This document shows, piece by piece, positions 1 to 9,528 of a DNA stretch of 64,000 nt (position 1 is the stretch's first letter; each line of letters begins with the position of its first letter). The notes beneath the pieces were generated by a model. That model was not told the origin of the DNA. It did no database searches and worked only from the letters and a program-made list of their open reading frames with translations. Made by a program: the position numbers and the translations under genes. Source of the stretch: a virus. The stretch lies in IMG/VR virus record IMGVR_UViG_3300008255_000099, positions 32,001-96,000 of that record; one strand, 5' to 3'.

Positions 1-22
1 ATGAAATAAACATTGTTGCCAT

Positions 23-880
23 TTAATCACCTTTTGGCGTTGGGTTATAACTTGAAATCAAAACTGTTTCAAAATTTTCATCTAATTTTCTATAGCCAGA
101 AAACATTTCTGGTTCATAAACCCCAATCCCCAACCCATCAACTATTTCTGGGTGTTTATTTAGATATCCAAAGAAAGGAGCACCAACTGCGATGTCCTCA
201 ACTTTTCGTTCAATTGCTTCTGCAAAAAAAGCATCCCATTCTTTCTCTGTCTCAATCTCCTTTGCTCTTCCAACTGCTTGATAAGGCAAACAAACATAAC
301 AATAAACGCCTTCTGTTGAATCATAAATTTCCCAAAATTTATCTGCTGATTTTGGTTCCCCAACAATAATATGAAGACATGTTTTGATTTCTTTTTCAAC
401 AAATTGAATCAATGCTTTACGCCAAATTTTTTCAATGTGTGGATGACAAGAAACTGCCACTCCTCCACAAAATTCTTTTGTTGCTTCAAGAAGTTCTTCT
501 GTTAAATGCATCCCGTTTGTGGTGAAATTCGGCAACACACGAAGTCCTGCAACAGTTTTCAAAACATCAACAAATTCAGGGTGAAGAGTTGGTTCTCCTC
601 CTCCACCAATAGCAATTTGGAATGGTCTTTGATCTTCTGTAAGATCCCCATAAACCTTTTTGATTTTTTCAACAACATTTGGATAAATCTCGCCACTTGA
701 AGTTGCAGAAGTATAACAATAGGGGCAACCAGCCCAACATTTTGTCCCCAATGAGACATCTTCAATTTCAGGGTTAGCCAAAGATGTTATTGGTTTTGAT
801 GGATCAATAGCAAATCGAAGAGTCTTTCCATCTTTGAACATGGCAAAATAATTACTGTCTGCCGTTTTTCTTGTTCTCAT
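23..880 (-). CDS. Radical SAM protein
   Basis: CxxxCxxC motif (CWAGCPYC), GGGEPTLHP and FTTNG motifs. Confidence 0.85.
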   Translation of the reverse strand: MRTRKTADSNYFAMFKDGKTLRFAIDPSKPITSLANPEIEDVSLGTKCWAGCPYCYTSATSSGEIYPNVVEKIKKVYGDLTEDQRPFQIAIGGGGEPTLHPEFVDVLKTVAGLRVLPNFTTNGMHLTEELLEATKEFCGGVAVSCHPHIEKIWRKALIQFVEKEIKTCLHIIVGEPKSADKFWEIYDSTEGVYCYVCLPYQAVGRAKEIETEKEWDAFFAEAIERKVEDIAVGAPFFGYLNKHPEIVDGLGIGVYEPEMFSGYRKLDENFETVLISSYNPTPKGD

Positions 881-897
881 TTGGACTCTCTGCTAAA

Positions 898-1488
898 TCA
901 ACCCAAATGAATTCTATAAGAATTGTATTTGCTATCAATAATTTCAAATACTTCATATGGGATAGAGTTATCTGAAGAGCTTCTAATAACAACAAAATCT
1001 TTAATTGACTTTCTTAAAACTTCATCATTTTCTCTGAAAAAGTTTTCTATTTTTTCCCACATTTGATTTTCTTTATTTTCTTTTTCGTCCCAAACTTTTT
1101 GTGAAATTGCTCTTCTTTCTTGTTCTGGTGTCTCTTTGGAATAAAAAGATCTTGGATAATCAACATCCAAATCTTTATAACACCATCGAGGGATTTTATC
1201 AGAAAAATCTTTTGAGAATGGGATAAATCTAAAAATAATTGTTGCTAAAGAACCCTCCTCTAAATAACAGATAGAAATTGTTTGTAATATTTTTAAAAGA
1301 GCATCTGGACCATGATGGACTTCTATCTCCCGAATCCCAATCCTCTTTTCAAGAAGTTCAGAAAGATTTTCGAAAAAATCATCAATTTCTTGTTTTGTTT
1401 TTTGTGTATTACAAATAAACAATTCTGACGAACTATTGGTTGTCAAATCAATTATGCTATGGATCGGGATAACCGATATCGTTCCCAT
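898..1488 (-). CDS. Hypothetical phage protein with N-terminal TNSSSE motif
   Basis: ORF; start moved to ATG 1488 (AAGGAGAG RBS); IIDLTTNSSSELFIC near N-terminus; directly upstream of the radical SAM gene. Confidence 0.6.
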   Translation of the reverse strand: MGTISVIPIHSIIDLTTNSSSELFICNTQKTKQEIDDFFENLSELLEKRIGIREIEVHHGPDALLKILQTISICYLEEGSLATIIFRFIPFSKDFSDKIPRWCYKDLDVDYPRSFYSKETPEQERRAISQKVWDEKENKENQMWEKIENFFRENDEVLRKSIKDFVVIRSSSDNSIPYEVFEIIDSKYNSYRIHLG

Positions 1489-1578
1489 CGCTCTCTCCTT
1501 CTCTTTTTCTTCCAACACAGGGTCTGAGCTAACGCCTCTATTATACAACACCGCACGAAGCTAGGCTTGTAGGATAAT

Positions 1579-1628
1579 AAAAAAAAGAACATGGGTTCCA
1601 AGCGCTTGGAACCCATGTTCTTTTTTTT
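1579..1628. terminator. Perfect 50-bp palindrome with A/T tails, probable intrinsic terminator
   Basis: aaaaaaaagaacatgggttccaagc/gcttggaacccatgttctttttttt. Confidence 0.75.
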
Positions 1629-1629
1629 G

Positions 1630-1832
1630 GAGCGATTCTTTTAAAAAAACCAAATAACCCGGTTTCGGCTCTAGGAAACCAACCTATTCCACGGGTGTAG
1701 CGTTCAAAAGTTTTTCAACCGGCGGACTTCTCTGCTGTTTCATCAAACAACCTTTCTGGTTTGTCCAGGGCAAGTGCGCTAGTGTTTTGACACTCGATAG
1801 TGTATCACCAACAGGCCACCTCGGCTGAAAGG
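1630..1832 (-). ncRNA. Candidate structured RNA of unknown class
   Basis: Intergenic, GC-rich relative to flanks, several hairpins, followed on the minus strand by a U-run and the palindromic terminator. Confidence 0.35.
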
Positions 1833-1844
1833 AATAAAAAAAGA

Positions 1845-2203
1845 TCAAACATCAAAATATGCAACAATGAAAGTCTTGATTTCAATCCCACTTGCTCCAA
1901 CCAACTCTTCCATCTGATTGATCGCTTGTTGAATTAAATCTGGATCAATTTGAACAAATTGATTGGACATAGGATCAAGGGATCCAATCATAATCCCAAT
2001 AGCATTGATATCACCATTGACATCATAAACTTCTTGAAGAAATAATTGTTTTTCTTCACCACTTTCATCTTCTTCATAAAAAAGTGTTTCATTGTGAAGT
2101 TGAGCACATTCATTACTTTCGAGTTTGTCCCCTTTGCTTCTATCTCCATTTCAAACTCGATTCCATCATCACAAACGAACTTAACACTCTATTCTTTTTT
2201 CAT
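1845..2203 (-). pseudogene. Interrupted hypothetical gene
   Basis: ATG 2203 gives MKKE*SVKFVCDDGIEF...; a frameshift near the GGGG run continues DKLESNECAQLHNETLFYEED...AYFDV*. Confidence 0.55.
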
Positions 2204-2212
2204 TTAACTCTC

Positions 2213-2464
2213 TCAATTTTGATTCTCAAAAAAATCTTTAATTGTTTTTTGATAAGAATTTTCTTGACTATACGGAACAGAATTCTGCCACTCATTAGAA
2301 AGTTGTGCCGGCTCTGTCACCTCTCTCGGGGAAAAATGATTTTTCCCAAAATAACATGCTGAAAATTCATCCCCAATAGAATCTGCCATTATTTCAGCAG
2401 CTTCCTTTTCATCATTCGCAAGAACACATAAATCAATCACAACACTATCTCTGAATATCTTCAT
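2213..2464 (-). CDS. Hypothetical protein
   Basis: ORF co-oriented and tightly packed with neighbours. Confidence 0.6.
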   Translation of the reverse strand: MKIFRDSVVIDLCVLANDEKEAAEIMADSIGDEFSACYFGKNHFSPREVTEPAQLSNEWQNSVPYSQENSYQKTIKDFFENQN

Positions 2465-2473
2465 TCTCTTCTC

Positions 2474-3247
2474 CTAAAGAATCAAATCATCAAAAAAATC
2501 TCTTTTTGGAACTGTTTCTGTTTTCTTTTTAGTTAGTTTTTCGAATTGTTTTTTTATTAATTCTTCTCCATCAATCCACCATTCTTTTTTCCCATTCATA
2601 TCTTCGTAAGCTGGCCCATCAAGCCGATGCAATTGGTTGTTTTGCCACCATTCTTTTGAACCATCAGGCCATTCAACGGCTGGGCCATCTTCTCGATGGC
2701 GTTGACCGTTTTGCCACCATTCTTTTGTGCCGTCGGCCATTTCAATTGCTGGGCCATCAAGGCGATGCCACCTTCCATTTTGATACCATTCTTTTCTCCC
2801 ATTGGGATATTCAAACGCTGGCCCATCTTCACGATGTGCTATACCATTAACCCACCACTCTTTTCTACCATCCTGGATTTCAATTGCTGGGCCATCAAGG
2901 CGATGCCACCTTCCATTTTGAAACCATTCTTTTGATCCGTTGGCATATTCAATTGCGGGGCCATTCTCTCGATGAAGAGAACCATTGAGAAACCATTCTT
3001 TATGTCCATTTTCAAATTCAATTGCCGGGCCATCAATTCGATGCCTTACTCCATTTTGATACCAAAATTTTGTGCCATCAGCAATTTCAATTGCTGGCCC
3101 GTCAAGGCGATGATACTTGCCATCAACTCGCCATTCTTTATTCCCATTTTCAAGAACAGTCATTTCTGGTTCATTCATAGCATCAAACCGTTCGGCAAAT
3201 ACCTTTGGGGCATTTCTTAGCAAAAACAACTTCAAGAAATTCAGCAC
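2474..3247 (-). CDS. Tandem 23-aa repeat protein (HRxDGPAIExxxGxKEWxxNG; MORN-variant-like)
   Basis: About 8 copies of the 23-aa unit. Confidence 0.8.
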   Translation of the reverse strand: MLNFLKLFLLRNAPKVFAERFDAMNEPEMTVLENGNKEWRVDGKYHRLDGPAIEIADGTKFWYQNGVRHRIDGPAIEFENGHKEWFLNGSLHRENGPAIEYANGSKEWFQNGRWHRLDGPAIEIQDGRKEWWVNGIAHREDGPAFEYPNGRKEWYQNGRWHRLDGPAIEMADGTKEWWQNGQRHREDGPAVEWPDGSKEWWQNNQLHRLDGPAYEDMNGKKEWWIDGEELIKKQFEKLTKKKTETVPKRDFFDDLIL

Positions 3248-3467
3248 GAGAAATCAAATCTTCGCTAATAAAATTTTCCATACTCCAAACCTCCTGTGCT
3301 CTATTATACGTCAAGCCGGCCCTCTTGCACACCAGTTTTTTGGATATAATAATTTATTTTTTAAAGATAAAAAGAACATAAGAAAAATTAAATGCCACGA
3401 CTCAACAAACCCGCTCACAGAGCGGGTTTGTTTGGCGGGAAAGTGGAAGAATGGAATAAAGAAATCA

Positions 3468-4511
3468 TTAAGAGGATTTCCAAAGGCTACGGAAAAATCT
3501 AGATCTTCCACCAGGAAGTTGGAATTCTGGTGTAACAATAACTCCAGTCATTGGGTATCTTTCGATTGCTAGTTTTTCTTTCATTTTATCAAATCTTTCA
3601 AGGTATTCTTGTGATTTTTTATTAATATTGTCGAATGCTGATTTTGCATCTTGTCTAATTTCATCTGGGTCTCTTTGACCGAAGGAGAAGAAGACAGAAG
3701 GTTCTGGGACTGTTAGATAAAGAGCAATTTGTTTCAAAAGTCTTCCTGCGGCTCCATAAACGATTGCAGCATCCCAATGGATAGGGGCTTGATAGATTTC
3801 TGTGATTTTATTTGCACCTGGTTGAGCTACAATTTCATGTAGGGATTGTCTTGCAGCACGATTAATATCTCTGGTAGTTATCAATTTGAATTGATAGGTA
3901 ACAAAGACATCATCATATGGTTGGATTGCGACGGTGTTCCCTGGACCATCATAAAAGAAAACCTTTCCATTGAAGTCCACATTGTATTTTAATCCGGTTG
4001 GATAATCATTTCCTGTATCTGTGGTTGAATAAATAAGTTCTACTTTATCTAATTGTTGAAGACCGCCTGTTTCATAGGCATTTGGAGCATTTATTTCAAC
4101 AATTGGTGGCGGTTCATAATTCCAGTTGCCCATTGCTGAAAACCCTACTGTTCTTGTGCGATTAAATCTGAGTCTAGATTCTTTTGCACGCAAATGAAGG
4201 AAGGGAAGGATTTCATAATAGACATCTGCAAGGAGTAGGGATTCTTCCCCATAAAAGACAGTTTGTGTTGTTACAACAGCACCAAGAGAATCTAATTCTT
4301 CGATGTAATAATAGCTATCTACCGTCCCATCTTCGTCAATATATGAGTTTTCAGGGAAATCAATTTCATCAACTTCTTCCCAGGGTCCATTCATGCGACC
4401 ATAATCAGATCTATATATTTTGGCTGTTGCAACAGTAGATTCGTTGCCAACCCAATCCCAAGCTATAAAGATTCCGTTACCATAATAATCTTCAATTGAC
4501 GCAACTGGCAT
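3468..4511 (-). CDS. Probable virion structural protein (possible head-tail adaptor-like C-terminus)
   Basis: 347-aa ORF with RBS; beta-rich N-terminus and helical C-terminal DAAIVYGAAGRLL segment; function inferred. Confidence 0.4.
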   Translation of the reverse strand: MPVASIEDYYGNGIFIAWDWVGNESTVATAKIYRSDYGRMNGPWEEVDEIDFPENSYIDEDGTVDSYYYIEELDSLGAVVTTQTVFYGEESLLLADVYYEILPFLHLRAKESRLRFNRTRTVGFSAMGNWNYEPPPIVEINAPNAYETGGLQQLDKVELIYSTTDTGNDYPTGLKYNVDFNGKVFFYDGPGNTVAIQPYDDVFVTYQFKLITTRDINRAARQSLHEIVAQPGANKITEIYQAPIHWDAAIVYGAAGRLLKQIALYLTVPEPSVFFSFGQRDPDEIRQDAKSAFDNINKKSQEYLERFDKMKEKLAIERYPMTGVIVTPEFQLPGGRSRFFRSLWKSS

Positions 4512-4519
4512 TTTGACTC

Positions 4520-4831
4520 CTATTCTTCGACATAATCCCCAGGATTAAATTTAACTGATTCTTGATGAAGAAGTTTAAGGATATCTTTCAAATCAGTTGG
4601 TGGTTCGTTTTCAATTGGATGTTTAACTTTTGGAATTTCTTCTGTTGGGTCTCCATCAGAAACACGATTTAATAAAAGTTCAATTTCATTATCTTTTAAA
4701 ACATCACCATTGATTGCACATATTTTAATAAGATTTTTAAAAATTCTTTGACTAGTTTCAGTCATTGATTTTTTTTCAAATTCATCAATCAAATCTAATA
4801 AATCATTAACACCTTCTGAAAATTTATCCAT
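4520..4831 (-). CDS. Hypothetical protein
   Basis: ORF; its TAG stop overlaps the next gene's RBS (TAGGAG). Confidence 0.65.
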   Translation of the reverse strand: MDKFSEGVNDLLDLIDEFEKKSMTETSQRIFKNLIKICAINGDVLKDNEIELLLNRVSDGDPTEEIPKVKHPIENEPPTDLKDILKLLHQESVKFNPGDYVEE

Positions 4832-4890
4832 AACGCTCTCCTGTTGAGTTATTTATTCTTAAACTTTCTTCTTTTTCCTGTTGAAGACAA

Positions 4891-4928
4891 AAAATAGTCC
4901 TAGTTGAAATTTCAACTAGGACTATTTT
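4891..4928. terminator. Perfect 38-bp palindrome, probable terminator
   Basis: aaaatagtcctagttgaaa/tttcaactaggactatttt. Confidence 0.7.
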
Positions 4929-4963
4929 GAGATACTATGGATGACGTTTTGTTTTTCCCTTTT

Positions 4964-5275
4964 TTATTTTCCTTCTAAAAAATCATCAAAATCTCTTGTG
5001 TGGGTCCAGCCAGCACCGTGACAAATATCACATTCTGATCGATACCCATGTTTAACATCAGAGCCACAAGAGCATCTCTCAACAAGGCCAGCTTCTTCCA
5101 TTAAATAAAATTCGTATCTTGCATGTGAAAAAATTAATCCCATAATTTTTTTTCTTAGATATTGATATCTTTCATTTTCTCTATCGCCATAAATTTCTTC
5201 TAAATCATCTAAACATTCTTTTAATTTTTTCCAATAATTTAAATGAATTTCCTCGGCGATATTTTTTATGTTCAT
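4964..5275 (-). CDS. Hypothetical protein with C-terminal Cys motif
   Basis: CSCG...CDICHG. Confidence 0.65.
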   Translation of the reverse strand: MNIKNIAEEIHLNYWKKLKECLDDLEEIYGDRENERYQYLRKKIMGLIFSHARYEFYLMEEAGLVERCSCGSDVKHGYRSECDICHGAGWTHTRDFDDFLEGK

Positions 5276-5304
5276 AATTTTTAATTCCTACTAATTAGTT
5301 AGTT

Positions 5305-6066
5305 CTAGAATCTTTTAAAACCCCCTGGTGTTGCTTTAAAATCGTCTGCTAAATCGATATTTTCGACGGGGCCGTTGTCTTCAAATTCTGGTGCTAAATC
5401 CCTATTTAAGTTATACATTTTGGTCTTTGTAGCTCCAATATCGCTTTGGTCTCTTCCTGCGTCGAGATATGTTGCGTTTGTTGCTGTGTCACGAAGTGGA
5501 TCATAAACTTGTGCCATGTTGACTTTCATCTTTCTCCCTCTTCGACCACCAATAAATGCACCTTCTTTAACCATTTGACTAAATTCATAAGGATCTACAT
5601 TCTCTTGATCTGCTAATTCTTTATACTTTCTAGCATAAACAATTGGATTATTAATTTGATCTAGTTGTTCAATAATATTTGCAGCATCTTGTTCTGTTAC
5701 CTGTTTTCTACCACGGCTTTGACCTGCGTTGGGATCATCAAGATCGATATCTATATTTCTCCCCCTCGGGGTGCTATCGTCTTGTGAATACATTGACTTC
5801 ATCTCTTCGGTGTATTGTTTTTCCATCTGGGCAGCATATTGCTCTTCAGAAAGCATAACAAGAAAACCTTTGTAAAGAGAATTCTTCAAGTTTCGAGAAG
5901 ACCTAACAATATCTCCGTTGACACGCATGTCTATTTCCCAACATTCCCTTGGGTTAAGCTGAAGATTAAGGTCCGTGATGTGCAGTGGCCCATCCAAAAC
6001 ATTTTGAACAATTAAGTATTCCGATTTAAGATCATCATGAATTTGTTGAAAATCTTGATTTGACAT
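5305..6066 (-). CDS. Hypothetical protein
   Basis: 253-aa ORF with GGAGG RBS. Confidence 0.7.
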   Translation of the reverse strand: MSNQDFQQIHDDLKSEYLIVQNVLDGPLHITDLNLQLNPRECWEIDMRVNGDIVRSSRNLKNSLYKGFLVMLSEEQYAAQMEKQYTEEMKSMYSQDDSTPRGRNIDIDLDDPNAGQSRGRKQVTEQDAANIIEQLDQINNPIVYARKYKELADQENVDPYEFSQMVKEGAFIGGRRGRKMKVNMAQVYDPLRDTATNATYLDAGRDQSDIGATKTKMYNLNRDLAPEFEDNGPVENIDLADDFKATPGGFKRF

Positions 6067-6167
6067 TTTTATTCCTCCTGATTTTTATTTTTTAACCATT
6101 TCACAAAAAAAGTTCATAACAGTTCAATGTCATTATATGTAATTCAAAGAGGGAATTAAGAATTCCT

Positions 6168-6506
6168 TTATTTTCTTTTAATTTGTGGCAGATTTAATCT
6201 ATTTTCACCTTGAACATCCGATGTCCACAGTTCATTGCTTTGTTGGTTATATTCAGAAGACCCGGAAGATTTCTTTCTTTTTTCTCTCATGTCGTGGACA
6301 TATTTCTTTTTATCGACATCAAGGCCCGCCTGTTTCGCTTTATTTTCAGCATCTGTTAAGACAACGCAGGCGGGGGCAGAGATAAAAACACGGTGGCATT
6401 TAGCGTCACATTCTGGGCATCCTTGTTCTTCTTGTCTTTTTGCTAATGGGACATTTCTCTCAAAATAAAAATCGCATTTTTCACACTTATAATCATAAGT
6501 CGGCAT
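6168..6506 (-). CDS. FmdB-family zinc-ribbon protein
   Basis: MPTYDYKCEKC...CPEC signature. Confidence 0.8.
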   Translation of the reverse strand: MPTYDYKCEKCDFYFERNVPLAKRQEEQGCPECDAKCHRVFISAPACVVLTDAENKAKQAGLDVDKKKYVHDMREKRKKSSGSSEYNQQSNELWTSDVQGENRLNLPQIKRK

Positions 6507-6835
6507 TTAAATTATTTCCTTTAAAAACTCTGTGTTTCCAACCCAATTAAGTTTTTCAACATTTTCTTTTGTTAGATAACTGACATACTCCCTCCGCTAA
6601 AGCAGGAGGGCTTTCTAGCCGTGTTCTTTGTAATTCCCATCTTAACAATTCCAGTATCATATTTTTCAAGAACCTTTTGAAATGGAAATTCTTTTGCATC
6701 AATTGGAATAAAGACACAATAATTTTCATTCCATCCCATTAAACAAAAATAACTACGCCAAACAAATTGTTTTAATTCATATCTAATTTTTTTCTGCTCT
6801 TTCCTCTGTGTATGGGAATCCGAATCCGTATCCAA
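6507..6835 (-). pseudogene. Hypothetical gene frameshifted by a 50-bp IS scar
   Basis: Removing 6580-6629 restores an ORF (...MGITYLTKENVEKLNWVGNTEFLKEII*) whose TAA abuts the ATG of the FmdB gene. Confidence 0.8.
6580..6629 (-). mobile_element. 50-bp IS200/IS605-derived scar, copy 1
   Basis: TTAC|aaagaacacggctagaaagccctcctgctttagcggagggagtatgtcag; subterminal hairpin; no target duplication. Confidence 0.8.
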
Positions 6836-6866
6836 TTAAACTTTGCATTTTAACCTCATTCCAATA

Positions 6867-7163
6867 TCATTTCAAATCAACTTCTTCGAAAAATCTTCGC
6901 ATTTCTTTTTGAGCTTGGTCTAATTTTTCACACCAATTGTTTTTTAGAATATCTGAATTATATATCATTTCAGAAAAAATAATTGAATTCCCTTCCTCTT
7001 CTTTAATCATTTTGGAAATTTTTTTAGATTCCTTCATCATATCGTCTTGAATTCTTAAAATTTCTATTTCATCAAAATTATTCCAAAAATCTTCCCTTAA
7101 AGATTTAGCCGAAGCTGCAATGTTAGCAATTATTTCTGGTTTTGCTATATCAAAATTACTCAT
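6867..7163 (-). CDS. Hypothetical protein
   Basis: ORF with GAGGTG RBS. Confidence 0.6.
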   Translation of the reverse strand: MSNFDIAKPEIIANIAASAKSLREDFWNNFDEIEILRIQDDMMKESKKISKMIKEEEGNSIIFSEMIYNSDILKNNWCEKLDQAQKEMRRFFEEVDLK

Positions 7164-7287
7164 GAATCACCTCTTCTTTTTTGATTATACATAAAATTGT
7201 TAAAATTCTTCTGTTGACTTTTTGAAAACTTCCAGGGTGCCGAAAGGCGGCCCCCTGTGATACAATAGCAGAGACTGGAGGATTTAA

Positions 7288-7968
7288 ATGCTAAACAGAA
7301 ACGACTTGGAGAACTTTGAGAGACCAAAAGAAATTCAGAAATTTCTTGATGAATATTCTGAATGGGAGGCAAAGTTTAAGAAAGAAGCCCCATCAACATC
7401 TTACAACCCATTGTGGTTTAAAAATAACCCAAAGCCGAACATGCCAAGGATTTTACTTATTGATTTAGATACCAACTATTTAAATCTAACAAGAAAGATA
7501 ATAAATAAAAGTTGGTTTTTACCAAAAATTTTTATTTTTTCAGAAGGTAATTGTGATTGGAATTTTTGGTTAATTCCAACATTTGAAGATCGTGAAAAAG
7601 TATTCATAGAAATTGTTGAATTTCTAGTTAAAACTAATAACATTTTTATCACAAACGAACAACCATCTGAAGAAGAATTAAAAAAAGAAATTGAGGAAAG
7701 GTTCCCGTACAAGGACATCCAGGAATCTGATGTTAATGAATTGCCAGAAAATATTTCAAAAGAGTTGCTATCAAAAGCTTCTACGCAAAAAGCAGACTTT
7801 TCTTCTTTCTTGATGTCTAATAAAAAGAATATTGATTTTAACAACCATCTTAAAAAAGCATTAGAAGGGGATGGTGTTTATGCTGCAAGAGTTTTGTCTT
7901 ATTTATCAACTGATTTTCATTCTGAATATAATTATTCATTAGAAGATTTTAAGAATTATTCTATTTGA
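7288..7968 (+). CDS. Hypothetical protein
   Basis: ORF with GGAGG RBS and upstream TACAAT. Confidence 0.7.
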   Translation: MLNRNDLENFERPKEIQKFLDEYSEWEAKFKKEAPSTSYNPLWFKNNPKPNMPRILLIDLDTNYLNLTRKIINKSWFLPKIFIFSEGNCDWNFWLIPTFEDREKVFIEIVEFLVKTNNIFITNEQPSEEELKKEIEERFPYKDIQESDVNELPENISKELLSKASTQKADFSSFLMSNKKNIDFNNHLKKALEGDGVYAARVLSYLSTDFHSEYNYSLEDFKNYSI

Positions 7969-7975
7969 ACGATGT

Positions 7976-8047
7976 GGCAACGAGGGCGATTGGTCGAGCC
8001 ATGGCACTCTAAATGCCCCGTAGAGAGTTCGATTCTCTCCGTTGCCA
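7976..8047 (+). tRNA. tRNA with CUA anticodon (amber suppressor-type)
   Basis: Acceptor GGCAACG/CGTTGCC; D-arm GGC..GCC with GG; anticodon arm GGCA-CTCTAAA-TGCC; T-arm GAGAG-TTCGATT-CTCTC; CCA not encoded. Confidence 0.8.
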
Positions 8048-8066
8048 TTAACAGAGGAGAAAAAAG

Positions 8067-8192
8067 ATGAAAGACGGAAAGTTGGAAATCCGAGAAGAGT
8101 GGAAAAACAATGACCCCGAAGTTTTTGAAGCGCTTTTCATCGAATTAAATCCTAGAAAAACAATCGAGTGGGCCGATCAGATTGTGTTGTGA
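8067..8192 (+). CDS. Small hypothetical protein (41 aa)
   Basis: GAGGAG RBS; MKDGKLEIREEW... Confidence 0.5.
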   Translation: MKDGKLEIREEWKNNDPEVFEALFIELNPRKTIEWADQIVL

Positions 8193-8204
8193 GGTCTTCA
8201 AAAA

Positions 8205-8693
8205 ATGAAGAAACAAGATCTTGACAAGTTGATAGAAACTTTAGATAAATTAAAAACATCTCAAGATTTAAATGAGATTCAAGATCTTGAAGATATGGTA
8301 TTGTTATTTTTTGACCATCATTCATTAATTGATGTTTTTGAGTTTGTGCCATATGAATATATTTATGATATTTTTTATCATATTAAAATTGGCGATTGTG
8401 AAGTTTTTGATTGTTTTTATTTATTTTTAAGAAGTGATAAAGAGCTTGCATTTAAGACATTGTTTTTTTCTGGATATTTTCCATCTGAAGTAATAGAAGA
8501 TATACTTTATAATTTTGGAGTAAAAGAAATAGAATTTTTAATAAAAAAATATCTTATGACTATGGATGAAATAATGGATGCTTTTAAAAATTCTAATCTT
8601 GAAATTGAAACAAACACAGAGGTTTATGAATGGGTTTGTGAGAAAATTAGAAAAGAACAACTTTTATCATGGGCACATAATATACTTTTTTAA
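8205..8693 (+). CDS. Hypothetical protein
   Basis: 162-aa ORF. Confidence 0.6.
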   Translation: MKKQDLDKLIETLDKLKTSQDLNEIQDLEDMVLLFFDHHSLIDVFEFVPYEYIYDIFYHIKIGDCEVFDCFYLFLRSDKELAFKTLFFSGYFPSEVIEDILYNFGVKEIEFLIKKYLMTMDEIMDAFKNSNLEIETNTEVYEWVCEKIRKEQLLSWAHNILF

Positions 8694-8753
8694 CTTCTAC
8701 ATTGGGTTTTGGCGTCCGCTTGCTGTATAATGTAGGGAAAGGAGACGAGAGAA

Positions 8754-9122
8754 ATGAAAACATTAGACAAATTGTAGGAATTAGAAGAAGCTGTCAGAAA
8801 ACATTTTTATGTTTTAGTAAGAACCGATCTATCCTTGCCTCAACAAATCGTGCAAGCAGTCCATGCAGCACATGAGGCAGGAATTCACTTCGCACACCAA
8901 TCAAACAACACATCCTCTGTCGTTGTTTGTGAAGTCCCCTCTGAACAAGACCTGTTGTTTGCGTTAGATTCCTTAACGCAAAAAGGTATTCGTTGCGTCT
9001 TATTCCGTGAACCAGACATTGGTAATGAAGCTACCGCTTTGGCTTCTGAACCAATTTTCGGGAAACATCGTCACATCTTTCGAAAGTTCAAACTTTGGGG
9101 AAAAGGAGGAACAAATGCTTGA
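8754..9122 (+). CDS. PTH2-like (peptidyl-tRNA hydrolase-like) protein with in-frame TAG at codon 8
   Basis: TATAAT, AAGGAG RBS, ATG 8754; TAG 8775-8777; then FYVLVRTDLSLPQQIVQAVHAA...EPDIGNEATALA. Confidence 0.65.
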
Positions 9123-9528
9123 AAAAATACAAAAACTTGAAGCTGAAAACCATAAACTAATTTCAACAAATATTGGTCTTAGAAAAATGTTAGCTAGACA
9201 TGAATGGGACGCAGGAACAGGAAGTTGGTATAGATATTGTTGCTATTGTCATGGAAATAAGGATTCTGGACACGAAGAAGATTGTGAATGGAATCTATTT
9301 TTTTACAACAAAGAAGATCCTTCTTTTAGAATTTTTGAATCTTTAGTTAGAACACAAAAATATACAGATTCATTAATTCTTTTATTATGGAGAATCGACG
9401 AAGAGCTTGACGAGCTTGTGACACAAACAAATAATGAAAAATTCAAAGATATGCGAAAAAGAATAAAAAAGCGATTAGATATAATTTTTAGTTATCTTGG
9501 AGATAAAGATAACTATGAGATGGAATAA
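9115..9528 (+). CDS. Hypothetical protein
   Basis: Start moved to ATG 9115 (AAGGAGG RBS); CCYC motif. Confidence 0.6.
   Translation: MLEKIQKLEAENHKLISTNIGLRKMLARHEWDAGTGSWYRYCCYCHGNKDSGHEEDCEWNLFFYNKEDPSFRIFESLVRTQKYTDSLILLLWRIDEELDELVTQTNNEKFKDMRKRIKKRLDIIFSYLGDKDNYEME

Noticed and set aside
1630-1832. RNase P RNA, hammerhead or group I intron
   Set aside because: Only partial look-alikes (agagaagtcc, tgatgaaac); complete conserved cores are absent
2600-3130. CRISPR array or DGR template/variable repeats
   Set aside because: These are in-frame 69-bp coding repeats; no reverse transcriptase in the window and no adenine-specific variation pattern noted
7976-8047. Pyrrolysine tRNA
   Set aside because: It has canonical D-loop GG and TTCG T-loop and lacks the 6-bp anticodon stem; no pyl genes in the window
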